In this document: positions 23,629 to 36,763 of the stretch, in pieces
Numbering within the stretch: position 1 is the first letter of the stretch
Layout of the letters: each line of letters begins with the position of its first letter
Source: Haliotis rubra
Taxonomy: Eukaryota
Length of the DNA: 64,000 nucleotides
Reading direction: 5' to 3'
Assembly: GCF_003918875.1 (NCBI RefSeq)
Contig: NW_025767036.1
Coordinates: 744,001-808,000 of the forward strand
Made by a program: the position numbers and the translations under genes
The notes under the pieces: generated by a model
The model's database searches: none
What the model was told of the DNA's origin: nothing
The model's input: the letters and a program-made list of their open reading frames with translations, nothing else

Positions 23629-24219
23629 ATACAATGTCATTTTTGCTTTATAATTTAAAAAATGCGATTTCAAATGCCACAAATCATGAAACTAAACTTC
23701 GTGGAATGTCTATGACGTCATAAATATGTGCGGAGTAATACGATACGTCACAAGCCCGGTGACATAATTTTCTCCTGATCACTCAGCTGACTGCGTTAGG
23801 TCATCTAGTTCCCAGTAAGCGTTTATGCTAAAGTATGTATTGTTGTCAACAAATCTTAGCTTACGTCTAAGAAACTTCAGAAACCTTTCATTAACCTTTT
23901 GAACAACAAACTGTGCTTTAATGTTCGCGTGACATTGTGCTCGTTCTCTCGCAAACGCTGACAGTCGGTCGGGGGACTGATGTTGGTATCTTCGTAAGCC
24001 TATGAATTTCTATCTTCGCTTTGTAATCTACTACATCTATCTTAACCAGGCATGAATTTTCTTGGATCAAAGCACTGACAGTACCGTAACCACGGCCGTC
24101 TATCCGGACACGACCGCCGACCCTTGACGCCATGTTTGTTTACACTGTGAAAGTAGACCCTGAAATTTGCATATGACCTCTCTAATTTGCATCGATATCC
24201 GTATATGACCCCAACGGAT

Positions 24220-27200
24220 ATGCCTTGTTTTGTGACAATCAATACTGCTTTTACACGTATGATTACGAGAAAATGTGACTTCAACATTCCTCAAATGTAA
24301 TGTAATGTCAATGCTTGGAATATTTGAAAACTCGAACATATGTCGAGACATCCACAATTCTTACGTAGACGTAGGCGCTTTTGGTTATGTGTAACAATGA
24401 ACTGAGTTAATTTAAGAAAGTATAGAAAACCGAAAATTCGTGACACCCAAACAAACCACCGAGTTTAGGAAATAACTATAATCTTAATGTTTAAAATAAC
24501 AATACTCTTGTGTCCATGTTGAAGAGACCTAGGTAACACTTTGAATTATCCGAGTTTCCACATGTAACAAGTACAAAACAAGTGTGTAACAAATAAAGTG
24601 TGTAACAAGTACAAAATATACAAATTGTAAAATGTTCCTGAAAAGCAATCTATTTTATTTTGTCTTGCCTTATGTTCCTGTTTGGAATCAATTCATAACA
24701 CCTTACACAATACAATTGTCAGTGGTTTACATTTTCACAAGTCCATGATTTGTTTATAGTCATCACTGGTTCATGGGTCGAGTAGTACTTCCTATTTGCA
24801 AATTAGCCAAATCTTAATGAGGAGGTCTGCTGTCTTGTCCTTGGTTCTCATTGGTTGAAGATGTGCAGCATCTTGATTGGATGTTGAATTTAGTTGCATT
24901 TGGAAAGTGTGAAGTTTCATTTGCTGTCTTTCTCCCAATCTGTCAGGGTGGTTGGAAAGTCATGGATGGAGGATTGTGATTTTGGTGAACCATTGATTTT
25001 GTTATGTCTATTTGTTTTGAGTTCTTATTTTTATGTTCAGTGGTAGTACTGCAAGTGTTATCATCTGAACAATGTGCAATGAAATGAATGTGATGGAGTA
25101 GATATTTTGATGGAGAATTATATATTCATATACATTGTTTCAGACTTGCATTCATACAAACTACAGTAATAAACCATCCCCGTTACAGACACACCAAAAG
25201 AAAAGATTACAAAGGGACCAGGATTTTACTTCGACACAACCGTAATTATACACAGGTCGTACTCAATCCAGATTATGACCACGTGATATTATTGAAGTGA
25301 GGGGGTTTAGTTTTACGCCGCACTCAGCAATATTCCAAGTATATGACGGTGGTCTGTAAATAATCGAATCTAGAAGAGCCAGTCCAGTGATCAACAGCAT
25401 GAGCATCATACTACGCAACGATGACATGTTTCTACCAAGTCAGCGAACCTGACCACCCGATCCCGTTAGTCGCCTTTTACGACAAGCATGGGATGCTGAA
25501 GATCAATTCATACCTGGATCTTCACGGGTTATTCATGAAGTAAGCATTACTGAAGGTATGTCACATTCAGCCACACTGTATGGCATCGCACGTACACCTA
25601 CCAGATAGATATACATAGCGAAGTCTGGCTCCTTAGGAGAGGTCTTCTCTGTTTCTTTGTAAGTTAGGCTAAACTCATCAAATGTCGCCAGCGGCTGAAG
25701 GGATGCTGTAAATATAGCAAGGGACCATGCAGGTAGCTGTAAGTCCCCATGGTCCCTAGTATGGTGATCTACCTTTAGTTACTGGCGATGTATAACCCAT
25801 TTTTATATCGTCTTGTTGATTAATAATTATTTTGGTCTTTTAACTGCTTTCAGCTAGTTTTATAATGCACCTGTGATATTCTAGCTATTATACTGTCCAT
25901 CGATAACAGGCTTCATATTAACACTAAATATAATACTTCTATTCAATTTCTTATCATGTTATCGCTGACTATTGCCCTGCTGACGTTACGGTTTAATTTT
26001 AACTCACTCACTGTTTCCTAGTAAGAAAGACACCTCGCCTTTTCGCGAACAACCGGGAACTATAATTTGTAGTGCTGCAAATGCACGTGCTTATGGCACA
26101 GTAGGAATTATCATACCACGGACCCTTCTTTTAGAAGAGATTTCTTATTATTTCATTATCGCTGTTATCATTTATATGTTTAATAGCAACATAATTATAG
26201 CAGATAGGGATTGGGTGATCCTGGTACTGTCAGGCTGGTTACGATCAGCATCAACTCAAGGCCCTTGCTTACCCCTTCTACAGGAATCCCAGACATGTGT
26301 GACGTTTCGTTGGAAAGGTGCGCATATATTGTTACGTTTTCAGTCTTGCCTATCACATTAGTGACTGTCAAAAGGGACAGAGAATAATGCAATGTTTTCA
26401 TCCGCATTCAGATTTCAGCGGGACTGTAAATAGATATTCAGAGGAAACAATTTATCTAATAATGTACACAAGTTGCTTAACAGGATGATACTGTTTCAAT
26501 AGAATACGGAACCATTATGCTGTTGTCAGATGACACGACAACGTCAACTGGATGTCGGAAATACTACCGGAATGGTGAGACACTGAATGTCATCGGTTAA
26601 AGGAAAACGGATACTCGCGCTTTGAAAATTATAACCTGACAGGTCACAAGCAGAGCGACCAAAACACCTTTGGAAGAATCACTTTGTTTGCCATGATAAT
26701 TGTAGAAATGAACCTTGTACTAAAACAAATACAGAAGATATTGTCAGTGTCCCTATGAGACAAGATGAAGCATTAATGGAATCCCGGAACAGAATGTATT
26801 ATTTAGGAATCCTTTGTGCATTCTATATATGAACTGATATTTAACAAAACTTTTGATGACAGAAGCATCATTATTGCATGGTTTAATGATATTTTACGGG
26901 CAGTGGGGTAGCCTAGTGGTTAATGCGTTCCCTCGTCATGCCTGGGTTCGATTCCCCACATGGGTACATTGTATGTAGCCCATTTCTTATATCCCCCGCC
27001 GTGATATTGCTGAATATTGCTAAAAATAGCGTAACATCAAATTATGTCAGGTGGAACAACCATACTATGTGTTTGCAGTAAAATATTTACTTTCATAATT
27101 ATCAAAACACTTTTAGACCGATACGACCGAAAATATTTCATATCACCAAGCCTTCAAAAGTTGATTACATATTTGGATTACAATCTCGTTATATATTACA

Positions 27201-28605
27201 CATGAATGATAGAGACTAGAATTTGTTTAAAAATCAGATTATGGAGCTCGTTTAATATACTCAGTAGGATAATTAGAAGTCCAGTAAATGCAGGAAAAAT
27301 ATTTTTTGCCTTTGGCTTCACAAAATATAAATACTGTCTTGAAGAACTTCAACCCATATATACTGTATGATATATGAATTCACGTGACTAAAACTTCAGC
27401 GGTACTCCTATTGTTTTAGGTATTGAGCCGGTTCACCACAGCTTAAACATTGCCAAATGATATAAAACCGAAATGTGTGTGTAAAATGCAGTTATATCCT
27501 TGCGTTCATATTACGTTCAGCATTGCAGCTGGGAAATCTTTGTCTCCCGCAAACACAGTGTTTTGAGAGTGAGTGAGTTAGTTGTAATGTTTGCAGCAAG
27601 TGCCGGACTCAGTCATGTCTGGTAGTTCGCACCTGATAAAGAACCTGCTGCGATAAGCAAGTTGATATCATTACAGATGTTTACTGTGATGTGGGTGAGT
27701 GGATGCATACAGGAAGATCCGGGTTACAATTAGTCTTCAGCAGCCCATGCTTGTCGCAAGAGGCGACTAACGGGATCAGGTGTTCAGACTCACTGAAGTG
27801 GTTGACGTCTCCGTAACCCAGTTGTGTAGATCAATGTTCATGATGTTGATCACTGGATTGTCTAGTCCAGCCTCAATTATTTACAAACCGCCGATGTATA
27901 GCTGAAATATTGCTGAGTGTGTATTTTATGAGATTTCAGTTTAGAATATTACATCTCTAAGTACGGTGGTTATATCCCCATCCCGTGAAACGTAGTAGAT
28001 ACGTCCATACACGTGTTCTACATGAGAACAAACAACAGGGTACGTGTTTTGAAGCATGGCCTCACCTTTTGACCCAGTTGAATTTTTTTTGCAAGATGAG
28101 CGAGTCTGGTTTATGTCTTCCGTTGATGTTTATAATATACTTGAGATAATTCGCTAACATTATGAGCTGTGTGATTACTATGTTTGTCATTAGCATGTAT
28201 GGAGGACGGTCTGCAGACAACACTGAAGCAGAATATGATTCCTTACGTTTCAAGAGGCAATCCAAGGAATTAAATGTTTAAAGCCGGTAGAATACTATAT
28301 TCCGGTGGGAAGGTGGTGTAGCCTGGTGGACAAAGTGTTCTCTCGTTACGCCGAACGTTCGATTTCCCGCATTGGTACAATGTGTGAAGCCCATTTCTGG
28401 TGTCCCACCGCCATACTTGGAATATTGCTGAGAGCGGCGTAAAACAAAACTCACCCAATTTATAACGCCAACAGCAACCCAAACGTTTTATCCATCACGA
28501 TGTCGTCGAGATTTGTGAAAGATGGATTGAAGCTACACTGGTGAGTGTATGCCTGAAACACACCTTCAGTTCCACGTCAAATCGGCGAAGTTATCATTAG
28601 TATGT
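24220..28605 (+). repeat. ~4.4-kb direct segmental duplication, copy 2
   Basis: Paralog of 18011-22447. It retains 26015-27107, which copy 1 lacks. Confidence 0.95.
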
Positions 28606-29974
28606 GTTATCATTAGTATATGTTATCAACGTTGTGCATGACAGGATGAGCCCTGTATATGATCATCTTAGCTCGTATACGTGCCGTATGCAGTCGATTC
28701 CTGATGGTCTGAGCTGAAGAATCTACCTGACCAACTGTCTGCTTGTGGAGGCTGCAGTCACACATCTTTTGTGGAAATTACGTAACCTGATTTGTACGTC
28801 ATTTTCATATGATCATGGACAAACTGCAAACGGTGCCAGTCAGTTGCACACGGGTCATCAGACTATCTAGTTCCTGACAACTAGAGCCCAGGGCATGTGC
28901 AACTGCTGCAGCAGATTGTCCAGCATCAAACATACCTACCTATGCCATGCTCACGTTGCTGAGTTGTAAGGTCGCGGCGTACTCTCCTTTTTATTCAAAC
29001 TTATAATTACCATGTATTTTCCTGTTTAATGTGTAGGATGACACACACACACCCCACCCTCCACCTTTCCAGAACAAAATGGGTGACCTCCCCTTAAAAT
29101 CATGATCACCCCTTGGCCATATTATGAACGGCCCCTACGGTGATCATACATCTCGGTGGACGTTGTGTTACACGCATGTTTCACGTTTTAAGGCCAAATC
29201 AAAAAGCCTACATGTCATTGTCACTGACACAGATACTGAAAAACAAATATTAACAATACTGTTGGGGTCAGGTTTTTTAATGTTGTAGATTATATACAGC
29301 TGAACGATACATTACAAAACGACGCGGGTATCTGTTTGAAGGTGGTACCACGCTTGGTTTGATGGAAACTTTTTCAGTTCCAGACATCTATTGATGACAT
29401 TGTACACATATTGTTGACGAGAACAACCAATAATTAATTCAATGGAAGGAAAACAAGTACGACAATCACAGAGAATAACGAAAATCGGTTATTTGATCAG
29501 TATAACTTCCTTACAAGCTATTTACATGTATACTACACGTTACAGGGCTAATTGTACACATGCATTACCTACTCCAACACGTTATTTACATATATGCATG
29601 TATGTACAAATAATCATATATAATAAATCAGTAAGCAATAAAGTAATAATACCAGCGGCTAATTTCTAGGAATACTGTAAGTGGTGCATTTACAGCAGGT
29701 ACAACGATATATACTACTCAGTGTGTGCTAAGGTTCACTACTATAAAACTGATATCATATGCATCTGTTGAAATACCCAGAGACATTATTGTACAGAAAA
29801 ATGTTCAAAGAACAAAGGTCCGTTTCATGGTCTACATAATGCGAGTCTGATCGCGTGACCAATAACCCTGTCACTCAGACCACAACCCTGTCACAATTAA
29901 AATATCTGATCATAAACAAAATACATTATTCGAAAATCATCTTTCTGTCTGGCGTATGTAATCCACCTGATGCT

Positions 29975-30222
29975 TTGGTTTGGTTTGGTTGTTGTTTTAC
30001 GCCGCACTCAGCAATATTCCAGCTATATGACGATGGTCTGTAAGTGATTGAATCTGGACCAGACAATTCAGTGATCAGCAGCATGAGCATCGTACTACGC
30101 AATTGCGATACGATGACATATGTGTCAACCAAGTCAGTGCACCTGACCACCCAATCCCGTTAGTCGCCTCCGACGACAAGCATGGGTTTCTGAACACCAA
30201 TTCTAACATGGATCTTCACGGG
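29975..30222 (-). mobile_element. SINE family B (Nin/Deu-domain-like). Other copies at about 170-360, 16880-17067, 19400-19632, 21570-21780, 25297-25530, 27710-27920, 39801-40280, 44150-44340, 48417-48602, 52653-53270, 54147-54297 and 57868-58108
   Basis: Shared consensus CCCGTGAAGATCCGGGTTAGAATT...CCATGCTTGTCGTAAGAGGCGACTAACGGGATCGGGTGGTCAGG...GCTGGAATATTGCTGAGTGCGGCGTAAAAC plus a simple-repeat tail. TCCACCTG flanks this copy. Confidence 0.85.
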
Positions 30223-31847
30223 TTCCACCTGCTGCGATCACAGCCTGACATTGTCGTCTCATACCCTCAGTAAAGGTCTGAATACATGACAAAGGAAACT
30301 CGTTCCACTATCGACTAAAAGTATTGGCACGTTCCTGTAGAGTTACCGAGTTCCTATACAAAGGGCGATCTTCAGCCTGTATGACACATGTGTCCGATGG
30401 GGTTGAAGTCCGGTGATCGAGCTGAGCTCTCAGCGCGAACAGTTGATTCCTGTTCTAAGTGGACACAAGAACTTTGTACGAAGGGGTCATGCGTTATCAC
30501 CCAGGAGGACAAAGTCCGATCCTAGAGCACCAGCAAGTGGTCTCAATGTGTGCTCAGTTGTAAGTTTGTCCCGTTGCATGACGGTTCTGACAGTTCTGTC
30601 GATCCAACCAAACACCACTACCTATCCCTCCACTTCTCCATTCACCGAGTACCATGAAACGTACTGGACCCCAATCCTGGTCTGTCCGAATGACTTGTTC
30701 TTCAATCAATACGTGATGTCTAGTCCTTGGAATGCACATGCATGCCTTCTGTAACCTGACATCAGTCTCATTGAGATGATTACTTACTCGCAGAGGAGGC
30801 ACTTGACTGTCTCACAGACCCTGAACCACATCGCCCCTATAGCCTAGCCCTCCCGGCAATGCTAAGGGTCTAAATGAAGCAAGTCTAGATTTCCTCAGGC
30901 TCGGGGAGGATCTGATTCTCTGGTCTCCCTGGGCCTCCTTTTCAATTGAAATCGGTACATTTGTAACAACCAAACTTACATATATTCCGAGAGTCTTAGG
31001 AGGTACGTTAACGCATATGGCCTTCAGCACGGTAATTCTGAGAGCCACGGCAGGCTCAAAGAGATAACGTCAGGAGAAAGCACTGCCAGTCTTCCCGTTG
31101 TGTATTGGAACATTGTCGACGACTAGTGTGTCTCCCGATAGCTGTTCCAAGCGTCCGGAATCGATTCCATGTACTGTTGATGACATCAAGCGTCAGGTTC
31201 TTTTGCCTATGTAGCGGCATAATTTAACGGTCGCCAAACGTCGTCTTTAGACACTGAATGGTCACAGATGCATTCCGTTGTTGCAATCCTCAGCAGCAAA
31301 TCATGTGACTTTGATGTGCAACGATTCTCTTTGAAACACCTCAAGTACATTTTTCCATCGACCCAATCATTAAAATATTGATGTACTAATGAGATTACCA
31401 AATCATTGCGCATCGGTATAATCTCTTTTCAATTGACCATCAAGACTTGATCACCCACCAAACATTGGGAAGGATATATTATCTCACATCAATGATGCGA
31501 TTTGATTGGCTCGCGTGAACGTGATCAGAACATACTAGCACATTTCTGAGCTTCAGATAACATCCCATATTCCCTATCGAGATGATATCCATGCTACAAA
31601 TGGATTTCTGTATTTTCTTGCTCCCTATTACTAAGCAAAAAGCTTCAAAGTTATGCTGTCATTGAAATTTGCGTAACACAGCAAGTAAACCGCAGCTCAA
31701 TCGAACAGCTGTTTTCTTTCAGTTTGTTTTCATCATGTCACAGATCGAAACATGTCAGCACATAAATTCATTGTAGCAGTATGGCCTTAAGATACTGATG
31801 CAACTTCTACGATCAGCGATTATCATACATTGTGAACTTAATACACT

Positions 31848-34409
31848 TTAAGTCGTTTTGATCGAATGTGACAAAGTCGTCCAAAATAAGTCAGTCTGTC
31901 CATCATCCGGGTATTCTAGATACGTGTTATTGTGTAAATGGTAGAAGATTTCAGGTGGAATATCACATTTGGGGATATGTTTTATTACCAGGATCAACAG
32001 GATGTCTCTATCAGTTGTGACACTTTCCATGTTGGCCATCTGCAGCTCATATCTGCACCACGTGCTCTTCAAGAACTCTGGGGTCAGTACCAACACTGTC
32101 TTCCGACTTCTTTGTATAACGTCAATAATACTCTCGGCAATAGGTCTCCCTGGTAGGAAATCCCGACTATGAATATTCAAATGCAATCCTTTCTCTGTCT
32201 CCAAGGATGGAATTAATTCCTCAAAAACAAAAGTTCTGTCCTCCTCAGCAAAGGACACAAATGCGTCGTAATCATATTCAGGTTCATTGGTTTTATCTAC
32301 TTTGAACCGTAATCTGGTAGCAAAATACCAGTAAGAAAGCTTCCATCGATATCGATATGCTATAGCTGAAAGAATAACGACTAAGGTCATAAAGAAAAGG
32401 ACTAGAACAATACCCATTGTAAGACCAGTATGTTCGCTACACGTCTTGGACAATTTACGGACAATGTCAACTCGATGCATTTCTATATTCAGGGTGAAGC
32501 CTTCATAAGTGCAGTTACAACGGTCATAATTTTCAATTTTCACTGACGTTGTTCCAAGCCAATTAAGGAATGGGATAAGGTCACAGTTACAGGAAAATGG
32601 ATTCTGAGATACATCTATGGTGAAATTAGGATTTTTCGTGATTTTTTCGATTAAGGCTAAGTCCCTAGTATTTATTGTCCTCATTTCGTTTCTGCATAAA
32701 ATGAGCGTACTGAGCAGCCTAGTATGAGCGATACTAGATGGAAAATTCCCAATTCTATTCATAGACAGATCTAAAGTGCTTAATGAGCGGAGTCCCCTAA
32801 ACAACCGTTTGGGTACCTTCGAAATACTATTTTGGCTCATATTCAAGAATTTCAACCTGGTTAGATTCTGAAATATTTCTCCATCGTGATCATTTGCAAT
32901 ACTTGTTCCTAAATAATTTAAAGATAGATCTAGGTGCTTGAGTTGTGGCAGCTGTGAAAAGAAGTTGGTGGAGACAGATTTGGCAATGTTGTTCGATAGA
33001 GATAAATGAGTTAATTTATGGAGACCATATATGGGGCCCTGCCATATTGTGAGGACATTGCTTGACAGATTAATAATTTGTAAGTTATTTTCTCCAAAGT
33101 GGACCTCTGAAATACAGGCTGACAGTTCAGAATATGTGTACTCGAACTTTCTTAAATGGGGCGGGACAGGAAAGGGATGTTTATGACTGGTTCTAAAACG
33201 ATGCAGTCCTGAGGACAAGGTTTGGAGAAACTCATCCTCGTGATTATCAATACCGTCTGAAGTATTAGCACATTTTACCTGTATATTATTCATGTTGGGT
33301 ACACGAAGCTTATAATTCATGTGTATTGCCCGACGCGGCAAAAATGTCCCATAGGGAATTATGCGAGAGGAATCAGGTTTACCATTCAAAATCAACACTT
33401 CAAGGCCAAGGAGGTGTTGGAGGTCATATATGTAAGGGCCAGATGAAAATCGATTAAACAGAAGGTAAGCACGTTTTAGTGATGGCGGCAGCACCTCAAA
33501 CGTTTTCTCACTAAATCCGGAAAGACCGTTACCATTTGCATGTATTTCCAAAATTGATGTATTCTGCAGGTTCCTTATGTGCTTTGCTTGAATAATATTG
33601 CAGATCGTTCGGATATTCATTATCTCATTGACAAAAAGTTTTCGAATGGTTGTGTCCTTTAAGCCATACGTTATATTTTCAAGACCTCCTAGTTTCAATG
33701 CGCGATTCTTAGATATGTCCAGCATTGTTAGGTTCTTCAAGGGTGTCAGTGCATCCGCCTCTATTGTGGTTACGTTGCAAGAAGAAACATTGAGTTTTCG
33801 TAAATGGATTACATTCCTGAAAGTGTCCTTGATTAACCATTGAATGTTGCATCTACCAGATAACATCAGCGTATGGAGCTGTGAGAGATTCCAATATCCA
33901 GGGCCAAAGGATCTGTTTTGGAGTCCATCCATCTTTAACTGTTGCAGAGAACTAAGATCGCTCAATACTTCCTCAGCATAATCGGACAAGTTGTTGTAAT
34001 GAAGAGTTAGATTTTCTAGTTTTCTAAGGGGTTTGAATATCTTTGCGTAAGAATTTGAAAAGTTCAGAGCATTATCATGTAAGAAAAGCGTCAGTAGCTC
34101 CTGTGCTCCCTCAAAAGCTCCATCTTGAATTTCATGAATCTTATTATGCGACAAGTCCAAGAGTGTCAACATTCTGTACCGTTTGATTGAACCTGCAGGG
34201 AACACTTAGATTTTGTTTCGTCGGAGATAAAGTTCACAGGTGTCACTTGGAAGAGACTGGGGTATTGATGTATTATGCCTTTGAGAGCAGTCGAATGCAG
34301 GGCATCCCATTGTGGCATTTACCTTTTTGCATCCATCATCTTCGTGAATGTAATGCATCGTCACAGACGACATCGTCATGGTCAGTGTGAGTAACAGCAG
34401 CCCATCCAT
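31848..34409 (-). pseudogene. Toll-like receptor (TLR-B) with one premature stop (TAA at 34208-34206) in the first LRR
   Basis: ORFs 34206-34520 and 31848-34205 are the same frame: MDGLLLLTLTMTMSS...CKKVNATMGCPAFDCSQRHNTSIPQSLPSDTCELYLRRNKI*VFPAGS..LTLLDLSHNKI. These are followed by LRRs, LRRCT (NPFSCNC), TM and TIR (YDAFVSF, RDFLPG). Acceptor TTTGCAG lies 3 nt before the ATG. Confidence 0.9.
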
Positions 34410-35044
34410 TTCCTGCAAATGATATGTCATCAAGTCATCTTTCAATCGTATTATTTGTAGATATATTACCTGTTTGCAAAACAGACATTGACAGTTAAAG
34501 GGGAATAAGTGACAGAGCATAATAATCTGAGAGGAATGTGTATCTTTGTTTCAGATTGAAAAATACTTGAATAACATTCGTTCATGCTTATCCAAAATAC
34601 CGTATGTTTCCAAGGCGCCTTCATGTCATATTGTCTCAGCAAACCTTCGATGTGAACGCCCTAATATTCCCTCCTGGGACCCTTACACCCCAGTTTAATC
34701 TATAAATGGTACTTTACATCTTTTCGAAAGCGACCTCAACGAACAGTCCTGCCTGAAATGGTCAACCAGAAGTTCAGGCCAGATGATCGACAGGAGCGGA
34801 CTGATGTCGTACGGTTAGAACCGTTGTATCACCAACAACCATGTCAACGTCCGATTGTTTTTGTATGTAATTACAGAGGCGTTTGACAGTCCAGGTTTAT
34901 TGGCCAGTCGATCCCGAGGTCCGCTCTGTCACTTGATTATTAGCCTGAAACTTTTCGAATATTATTCAACCACAAACCAGAGTCCTGATTTCGCGTTGAA
35001 CGGCCCTAACCGAGAACTAACATAAAATACTTTGGGACACATGC

Positions 35045-35622
35045 CAATCTAAGTAAACTTAGGTTCAGTATTATTCGTTACATTGCCATCCTGAGTCCAA
35101 CAAACCCTTGCAGCGGGTCACGTCAGCTCACCTCTGAGTGACCTATGACCTACTATTTAGGGCTCGGCGGGAATTACAAAACGATTTTAGGATTTTCTCT
35201 TCCCTGGTCGCTGACACTGATCCCTCACAACAAACGAAAATCATCATAAAACACACATATTTGCCCTGCAGTATATACGCTTAGGGGTTTCTGATGACTT
35301 GGTTACGGTTAGCTTATATTTCCGCAAGATGCCATCCAGGAATATAGACAAAAAGCTATTTTCAGCAACTGTTGAGTCGCTGTTGTGAATAATGCGTCAT
35401 CCATGTGTATCACTCGGAAGCGTTCGTGCTGAAATAGCATTCGGATTCGTTTGAGCTTTCGAGGTAAAAGTTCAAACGGTATGTGCGAATGGTAACTTTA
35501 GCGATTTGATAAGTTGTGTTCTCATTGGTCAGTTCAAAAGGTTAGCTGACGCGACCTTCTACTTGGGTTTGTTAGACTAATATTATTAACGAATAATATT
35601 GACCCTAACTTTACTTAGACTG
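35045..35622. mobile_element. Non-autonomous DNA transposon (~580 bp) with 36-bp TIRs
   Basis: CAATCTAAGTAAACTTAGGTTCAGTATTATTCGTTA vs TAACGAATAATATTGACCCTAACTTTACTTAGACTG. Flanked by GGACACATGC / GGACACACGC (8-10 bp TSD, boundary ambiguous). Confidence 0.85.
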
Positions 35623-36763
35623 GGACACACGCATAACAAGTCTGTGTTCAGAGTAAGATTTCATAATATGTTGACTGTTGCCAGAGCACTAGCTGCAGTA
35701 CTAAAGTAGATCTCCATGGAAATGGCTTTGTACACAAGAAGAGAAAGAAGCTCTCTCCCCTCTCCTTGGTACGTTTAGAACATGCAATCTTTGATTTGTT
35801 CGCCGAGGTGGATTTAAGTAATCCAGAAAGGTGTTGGACTTTAGCTTCGAAAGTTCAACATTCAAGCAGAGAACGATCAGTGTGAACAAAGAATAAAGGT
35901 ACCTGAATATTCCAGAAATACCAGAGCGGGGAACACAAGAAATGGGCCTTACATATTGTACCCATGTGTGGAGTGGAACCGGGACTTGCGGCGCGACAAG
36001 GACAAAATGCCCGACTATTAGGCTACCCTCGGGCATCGTAAAGGAAAAGATGGTACAGGCAGGGTTGTTCTTTGAGGACAATTTTCTCAAAAAGTGTTTA
36101 AGTTAGAGACCTGAAATTGTACCCATTTGTGTTACTGGCCACAATAAGTTCGGGGTGTTAAGGTATTTTACAGAGTTTTTGCTCCGTGCTGAATGCAAAC
36201 TGTTTGGAATTGGTACAGGTTTTCTGTGAAACTATTAAAGTCGCAATGTTGACTGTTTGCAAGCATATCGAAGAGATGTTTCCAGGGTGACCCGAATTTC
36301 GAATCTTTGTTTTTGTTTTGTTTTCGGGTTGTTCTTTTTCTTCTATTTTCAAGCATACACAGTTATAGACGAAGTGTTTAAATGGGAGTAGTGTGCGAGT
36401 GTAGTTTCTTGAGTGTGGTCCATTTACGCGAAGCTCTTGTGTATTTCTTAATTCTATAAATGACGGTTAATGTATGTATACAATTCGTTAGCGATCATCT
36501 TCGAAGATATTCTCACTGTCTCACATACCACACGTTGGAAAGACACACACTCATACACACAGGCACATACATCCACATGTAAATACTCACATGGACACAG
36601 ATAGAGATACGCACTCACAAACCTTATGGTATTTTTGGTCTCGGCGGGAAAAGTATGTAACATTAGACGTATCTGACTTGAATAGAATCAACAAAATCCT
36701 TTCCAAATCCATGAGAAATCTCTGCTAAACGCAGAGTCGATTGTGCAATTGTGACTATATGAG

